From: Eledone cirrhosa
Lineage: Eukaryota
Assembly: GCA_964016885.1 (NCBI GenBank)
Contig: OZ024742.1
Coordinates: 80,786,001 to 80,850,000 of the forward strand
Direction of reading: 5' to 3'
Length of the DNA: 64,000 nt
The position numbers and the translations under genes were made by a program. The notes under the pieces are model-generated. The model did not search any database. It saw nothing but the letters and a program-made list of their open reading frames with translations, and was not told the DNA's origin. The first letter of the stretch is position 1. Each line of letters begins with the position of its first letter. Positions 57,601 to 64,000 of this stretch are shown here, in pieces.

Positions 57601-58169
57601 ACTTCATTTTAGCAGTGCTATGATGGCAGCCGGGCCTGGACTGATCACAGAGAGGACAGTTGCCGTATGAGGCATCGTCACTGGTAGCTCCAGCAACGTT
57701 TATATTTTTGTGTGAAAAAATATTTTGATTCATTTCACTCATGGAGTTTAATGGTCTATGTTTTCGTCATGACCAGTGTTTGTTTTTTATTTTATTTCAC
57801 GTCTGAAGTTAATGCTTTTAAGGTTCCGTCCATAGCCTTATTTTCTTTCCTCTTTTGAGACACCATCCCTAGAGGGTGATGTAAACGAATTAAGTGGCCC
57901 TCAAACCTTAAAATTGAAGTGAGTTATCCTGTGCTGCTCACCAATCCAGTATTTTATACTCCGCTGCTGCATATTTTACATATCTTGCGATGTTCGTTGA
58001 CACTCCTGAGTTCATCGGCCTCTTGGCGGGTTTTGTTTTTCATCCCGCAATGTTTCCAAAATTAAACGTTCTCACCAAACAAGCTTGGTGTGGTTGCCAG
58101 TTCAGTCGCCGACCATTCGACCACGCGCGACGTTGAAATAACCTTTCTTTAATGCAGTTGTATCGTTTT

Positions 58170-58420
58170 GAAATAAATTCTTCTTTAACTTCTCAATAAC
58201 GACACTTCCAGTTATGAAATAACGTTTGTTCATCGACGTAAATGTTTTCAAAATGGCACTAAATAACATTACAATCCACTACCGAAATAACGTGTCTTTG
58301 CATCATTTTCATAATTTTGAAATAAATGTTTCGTTATCTCTTCTCAACAAAGATATATCCTGTTATGCAATAACGTTTGTTCATTAATTGTAATGATTTC
58401 AAAGTGACAGAAATAGGCCC
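58170..58420. repeat. Diverged ~150-bp tandem duplication
   Basis: GAAATAAAT...AATAACGTTTGTTCAT occurs twice. Confidence 0.65.
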
Positions 58421-58674
58421 ATTTCCGCCGCGCCCTAGCCCCAGAGCCAAATCACCTCCTTCCCTCTCCCAAGTCTTCCGTAACACTCGAGCCCTTCCCT
58501 TCCCTTCCTTTTCTATTTTCTTTTTCTTATTTTAGATTCCATTCGTTGTTAAGATGTTGAAACAAAGGTTATTGTTAAAATGTGAAAATAAATATGCACA
58601 GAAGTATGTTTAAAGATTTTTTTTTCTTTTATTCGACAGACAGAATCTGTAGTATTACAAATATTATCATTATT

Positions 58675-59100
58675 GGGGGATTGGAAGTATCGGTAGAAGG
58701 TCGGACGCCATGCTCTGCAGCATAGACTTACGCCCCTTTATGGTCTGAGTTCAAATCCGCCAAGGTTCACTTTGCCTTTCATCCTTACGGGGTCGATAAA
58801 ATAAAGTACCAGTAATGTACTGGGATAAAATCTGACCTTGTGTCAAAAATAGAAACAATTATTATTATGATGGCGGGGGTGATGGAAGTCGTGATGCTGG
58901 ATTAGCAGTATCCAACAGCACGCTTTCTTATATATATTTTCACCCTTCACGTTCTGAGTTCAAACCCCACCTATGTTTGCAATATCGTTCATTCTTCTTG
59001 ATTAAATAAATTGCCAGTAACACACTGCAATCGATTTAGTCGACTTTCCCCTCCCCCATAAACGTGTTGGCCTTGAGCCCAGATGAGAAACGATTATTAT
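58675..59100 (+). mobile_element. Two adjacent OR1-like SINE copies (second diverged)
   Basis: CTGAGTTCAAA B box at ~58745 and ~58954, with a shared body. Confidence 0.75.
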
Positions 59101-59977
59101 TCTCGTTTATGTTGCCCATCATTCTTTAATGATCACACATAATATTTATATTCTGGCTCATTCTTATTATCCTTCCATTATAACATACTTTATAAATATG
59201 TATTCTTCTATCCATTTACAGTTCTAATCTAGGATCGTGATATGCCTCCATCTCAGTTGAGTCATTCATATCGAGCCAACAAATACTTTCTTCAATTATG
59301 TATAAATATACATGACGTGAGACTTAATTTTCCTTCTGCTAAATTCATTTCACAAAGCATTGATCAACCGGTGAATGAAATAAAAGTGAATTGCTACAAA
59401 TTCTACAAAGAAGGAATGTATCAAGAACCACATAGTTGTGAGGCGAAATATTTAAACCAACAACAATATTTCTACAAGAAATGTAAGTCTATATTCATTT
59501 GCATTTAGTTTTCTATAACATTTTATTCTGCTCACCTGTACATGACTGAAATTAACATAATAGCCTTGCTCGTACTAGCGTCATTACCAATGGTAAGGGT
59601 TTCCTTGGTTTCATCCAGCAATAGATCTCATATCACCACGTAACCTACTATGTATTAATCTAAATATAATATACAACGTATTTCACAATAGTCAACGGAG
59701 GAACACTAACATGCCTATGGATTAATTGAACGGATCTTAATACACGTTAATGCACATGCTATGTCTTCATAGCCCACATTCCGAAATCTATTCAGAACTG
59801 ATTCACACTCATCATCTTCCTACCATATTGAACGTTTTTGGCATTACCAAAAATAACAACAGCACTGCAAAATGACAAGTATAATGAACAAAATAATTAC
59901 CCGAAGGAGAAGAAATATAAAATAAGAAAATAAGGAGAAGAAGAAAGTTGTACCATATACTTCATCATAATATGCTC

Positions 59978-60014
<37 letters not shown>

Positions 60015-60079
60015 CATTCATGTATATACATAGATACATACATACACACATATACATACCCACCCACACACACATACAC

Positions 60080-60121
<42 letters not shown>

Positions 60122-60357
60122 ACTTCGATTTTTAATTTGTTTTGCAAGATTTTGGATCTGAAAACTTATGTTCAAGCAGATATTGTTATACTTATCTCGC
60201 GAACTTCTTGGTTTTCACTTCAATGTATCATACATTTCCGGTTTGATGTGTTTTTTAGGTTCGATAAACGAAAGTATGTTTATATATTGTTGAAGCTCTT
60301 TCGAACACGATTTGTAGGACACAACAAAGGCGGGAGACAAAATAAAAAAAAAACCTA

Positions 60358-60400
60358 GTCACTGAGGAGGTCACCTAATTTGTGACGAAAGTGCTTTGGC
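60358..60400 (+). ncRNA. Minimal hammerhead motif
   Basis: gtca CTGAGGA g-gtcac-ctaattt-gtgac GAAA gtgc TT tggc. Confidence 0.65.
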
Positions 60401-60509
60401 AATATATAAACAACCTTCCGGTTATTCAACCAACCAGCCGTGTGTTTTTGTTGGCAGCATGGCCCACCTAAAGTATAACAATATATATATATATATATAT
60501 ATCCGCGCA

Positions 60510-60586
<77 letters not shown>

Positions 60587-60589
60587 AGC

Positions 60590-61330
60590 GTAAAATAAGA
60601 AAATTATCAAATTTAACTTACTTCCTAAAATTTCACTGCAACTAATTAGTTTCTGTACGGGAATAAACAAGGTTTCCAAATAGAAAACATGGAGAAGCCA
60701 TTTCGTCACCAGGAAGTCGTTCTCAGCTAAGATCCCTGGCGATGCGTGGACACAGGGAACTTATACAAAAATAATTCAGTGGATTGAAAAAAGCAAGCGT
60801 GGACTAAATTCCAAGATATTGAAAAAATCACTGCCTACTTGATCGGTGGCAAATTCAAAAGAATCAATCACGTGACATCGAGGTTAATCGGTGAGGAGTG
60901 GGGTGTTAAAAAGACAGTAGCCAAGCTGTTATTATGAACTATAGCAGTAACTTTGGCAAATGTTAGCTCACCAAGATAATTTGGAGATAATTATAAAGAA
61001 TTAGTATATCTACCAACATATATATACAGAAGTATACCTATGCAAGCAAATATATAGGTATTGTCGTAGTAAATATGTGGTTCAATGCATGGGGATGCTG
61101 AACAATTATATGAAAGAGGTAAAATAAGAAAATTATAAAAATTAACTTACTTACTAAAATTTCACTCCAACTAATTAGTTTCTGAAAGGGAATAAACATG
61201 GTTTCCAAATAGAAAACATGGAGAAGTCAATTCATATTCAGGAAGTCGTTTTCAGCTAAGATCCCTGGCGATGCGTGGACACAGGGAACTTATACAAAAA
61301 TAATTCAGTGGATAGAAAAAAGCAAGCGTA
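60590..61330 (+). repeat. ~210-bp direct repeat (period ~529), probable partial-tandem pseudo-LTR
   Basis: GTAAAATAAGAAAATTAT...GCAAGCGT at 60590 and 61119, directly upstream of the PLE ORF. Confidence 0.85.
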
Positions 61331-61382
61331 AATACTCCAAGTATAAACTACATAGAAATCACCTCGAACTTGCAGCATCACT

Positions 61383-63960
61383 ATGGAAACGTCTTGTTGA
61401 GTCAAACTAAGCCACACGTTAATACTATGCACTACACGCAGTACTCTAAGTGGATTACATCTAAGTGGACTGCCTATAACGATAACCTGTTATCCTGTAT
61501 ACATAACCCCTACTTGGTTGAGCAACAACATTAACGCACGGCAACAACATGGAAAAGCACCACATAGGCATGTGACTGAAACACATACCTATACCTACAA
61601 ATAGGGACTATACACTAGGCATGATACAAAGGACTAATGATTTTATCCGGCCACTCCGATGGAAAGCTTACCACTACGACAAGGGACCCGCTAATAGCAC
61701 GGGAGAATTTACTAAAGAGAATTACGAATTTTAATCCTGCAAAACCCTCCAAATAACCCCACACTCTATGCCTTCGAGCTGGACCTCATGAATATAAGTG
61801 GAACTAAATTCAAAAAACGAACACATCATAACAAATTACAAAATGACATCAATACACTACGAAAAAAAAACTAAGAAGCACCAACGATATCATAGTAAAA
61901 GCAGAATAAAACATCAAACGTATATACTATGGACCTTAATACATACAATAATTTAATTAGACGTGAAATACACAAAAAATACAAAAAGAAAACGAATCTA
62001 CACTCACTAGCATTAATAAGGAAGGTCTTAGCACAGTAAAAAAAACTTGGAATATCCGACAGAACCGAACCTCTGACCCCATGTAACCCCACATTTAACC
62101 TTAAGGATCACAAAAATAGTTTTGAAACAAACTCTACTATTAGATTAATATGCCCATCCAAGTCGGATATAGGTAAAATTAGCAAGAACAGTCTAGATAG
62201 GGTAATCGCAAAATTAAGGGAAAACTAAAAATCAATTTATGGGGTAACACTAATGAAGCAATTGAATGGTTCAATAGAATAAGAAATAGAGAAGCATGCA
62301 ACTTCATACAATTTGACATAAATGATTACTACGCATCCATATCCCCAGTTACTCTAGATAAAGCGCTAATATTTGCAAAAATAACTCGGACCTTACCCCA
62401 GATGAAATCAAAATAATACTGGTTGCTAGAAGGACTATCATAACATTTGAAAATAGCTATTGGGAAAGAAAAAATAGGATGAATAGTTTCGATATCACAA
62501 TGGGATCGAACGATTCAGCGCAAATAACTGATGTTGTGGGGATATTTATAGCACACAACATACATAAATAATTTAATAACCTCCAAGGAGAGATTTATAG
62601 AGATGACACGCTCCTTATAGCTACAAACTTAAATAAACAGAGCTTTGAAAGATTAGAACATTCTTCAAAAAACTAGGCCTAGATATTACCTACGAACTGA
62701 ATTCTAAAATAGTAAACTTTCTAGACGTAACTCTTAACCTAAGCACGAGATTAATAGAACCCTTCCACAAAACCAATGATAATCTAGCCTGCATTAGTTA
62801 TAACTCTAACCACCCCCCATCCATAATTAAATCCATAGCACGTAGTATATCCCTTAGAATATCCCGCCTATCCTTAAACAAGGAATGTTTTAAGGAACAT
62901 GCTAATGTTCCTTAAAACGCAGCATTACGCAAGGCAGGGCACAAGGAGGAGCTGCAGTTTATAACAGATAAGGACAAGACAAACAAAACCATTAACACCG
63001 ACAACAACCGCTCATACAAAAATAAAGGTAACTGGACTAGACATAGAACTAGACAAGTAGCACCTAGAGTAGGGGGACCGAACACGAATAATGTAAATCC
63101 TAGAAATTATAGAAGAACTAGAGAGAGAAAATACCTATGGTTTAATCCAATCTTCAACTCCTCTATAAGAACTAGACTGCCTTCTACGTTTTTTTAAATA
63201 ATAGATAAGCACTTTCCTATAACGCATAGATATCATAAAATCATCAATAGAAAAACTATAAAACTCTCATACTCTACTACTGCCAATATTGAATCGCACA
63301 TACGCAAGATCAACCATAAAAATACCTCTAGAAAAGCTACCCCGCCTATACGCAACATAGCACCAAACACTAAACACAAACACATTACCTTATCACAACC
63401 ACACACGCACCACAGCAAAACTTTAATAGGCATGAATTTCAACCCACATATAACAGTTTGCAAAACCACAATGTGAAAGCTGCACAGAATAATACCTCGA
63501 ACTACAATTGACACCTACCGAACAAATTCCCATTAGCGAATAGGTGCCTTGACACAAGCCTAGTGTACATGTGCACTGTAAACTCGGGAAACTCTACTTG
63601 GCACTACATTGGATCCACCGCGGTTGTTTTTAAAAAAAGATGGTATGTGCACACACATTCAATGAACACTGTGCACTGGTAAATTCTACAACCCTCGCCA
63701 ATAAAATCTGGCAACTTAAGGACAAAAACCTTGATTACAATATTAGCTGGTCGAAATTGGCGGCCGCTAAGTCATATAGCAGTGGTATGTCCCATTGCGG
63801 ACTCTGCAACATCGAATTGCTGCATATCTTAAGGAACGATAAAATGCTACTCAACAGCAAAATAGAAAGTCAATTTTCTGCAGACATAGGATTGCTACTA
63901 AATTCGCGACATTTAAACCACCTTAATTCGAACCAACATCACTTAGCATTTAACATTTGA
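61383..63960 (+). pseudogene. Near full-length Hydra-like PLE ORF (RT + GIY-YIG), decayed
   Basis: LKDHK..RLICPSKSDIGKISK, FIQFDINDYY, FDITMGSNDSAQ, YRDD, NFLDVTL, SNHP, WFNP, LVY..YIG, CGLCNIE; many stops and frameshifts. Confidence 0.92.
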
Positions 63961-64000
63961 CATACGCATTCTCATACAGCCCAATACAGAACATAACCTT

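Overview
AT-rich eukaryotic, non-genic DNA. The SINE families and (TA)n density suggest a cephalopod, probably Octopus (inference). I found no host protein-coding gene, and the many YIYIYI ORFs are microsatellite artefacts. Contents: the 5' half of a 5S rRNA copy at the left edge; a near full-length Tx1/L1-like LINE in a (GATA)n tract; four Penelope-like (PLE) retroelement remnants, three of them Hydra-clade-like; an internally deleted Helitron; RTE, CR1 and R4/Dong remnants; tRNA-derived SINEs; and a hAT-like MITE. The most striking signal is more than a dozen sequence-diverse minimal type I hammerhead ribozyme motifs (stem I-CUGANGA-stem II-GAAA-palindromic mini stem III-UH-stem I'). They sit in short non-coding units between (TA)n tracts, arranged as tandem repeats and long foldback palindromes, consistent with a PLE pseudo-LTR/retrozyme-like system. 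All motifs were read by eye, coordinates are approximate to a few bases, and no activity is shown.
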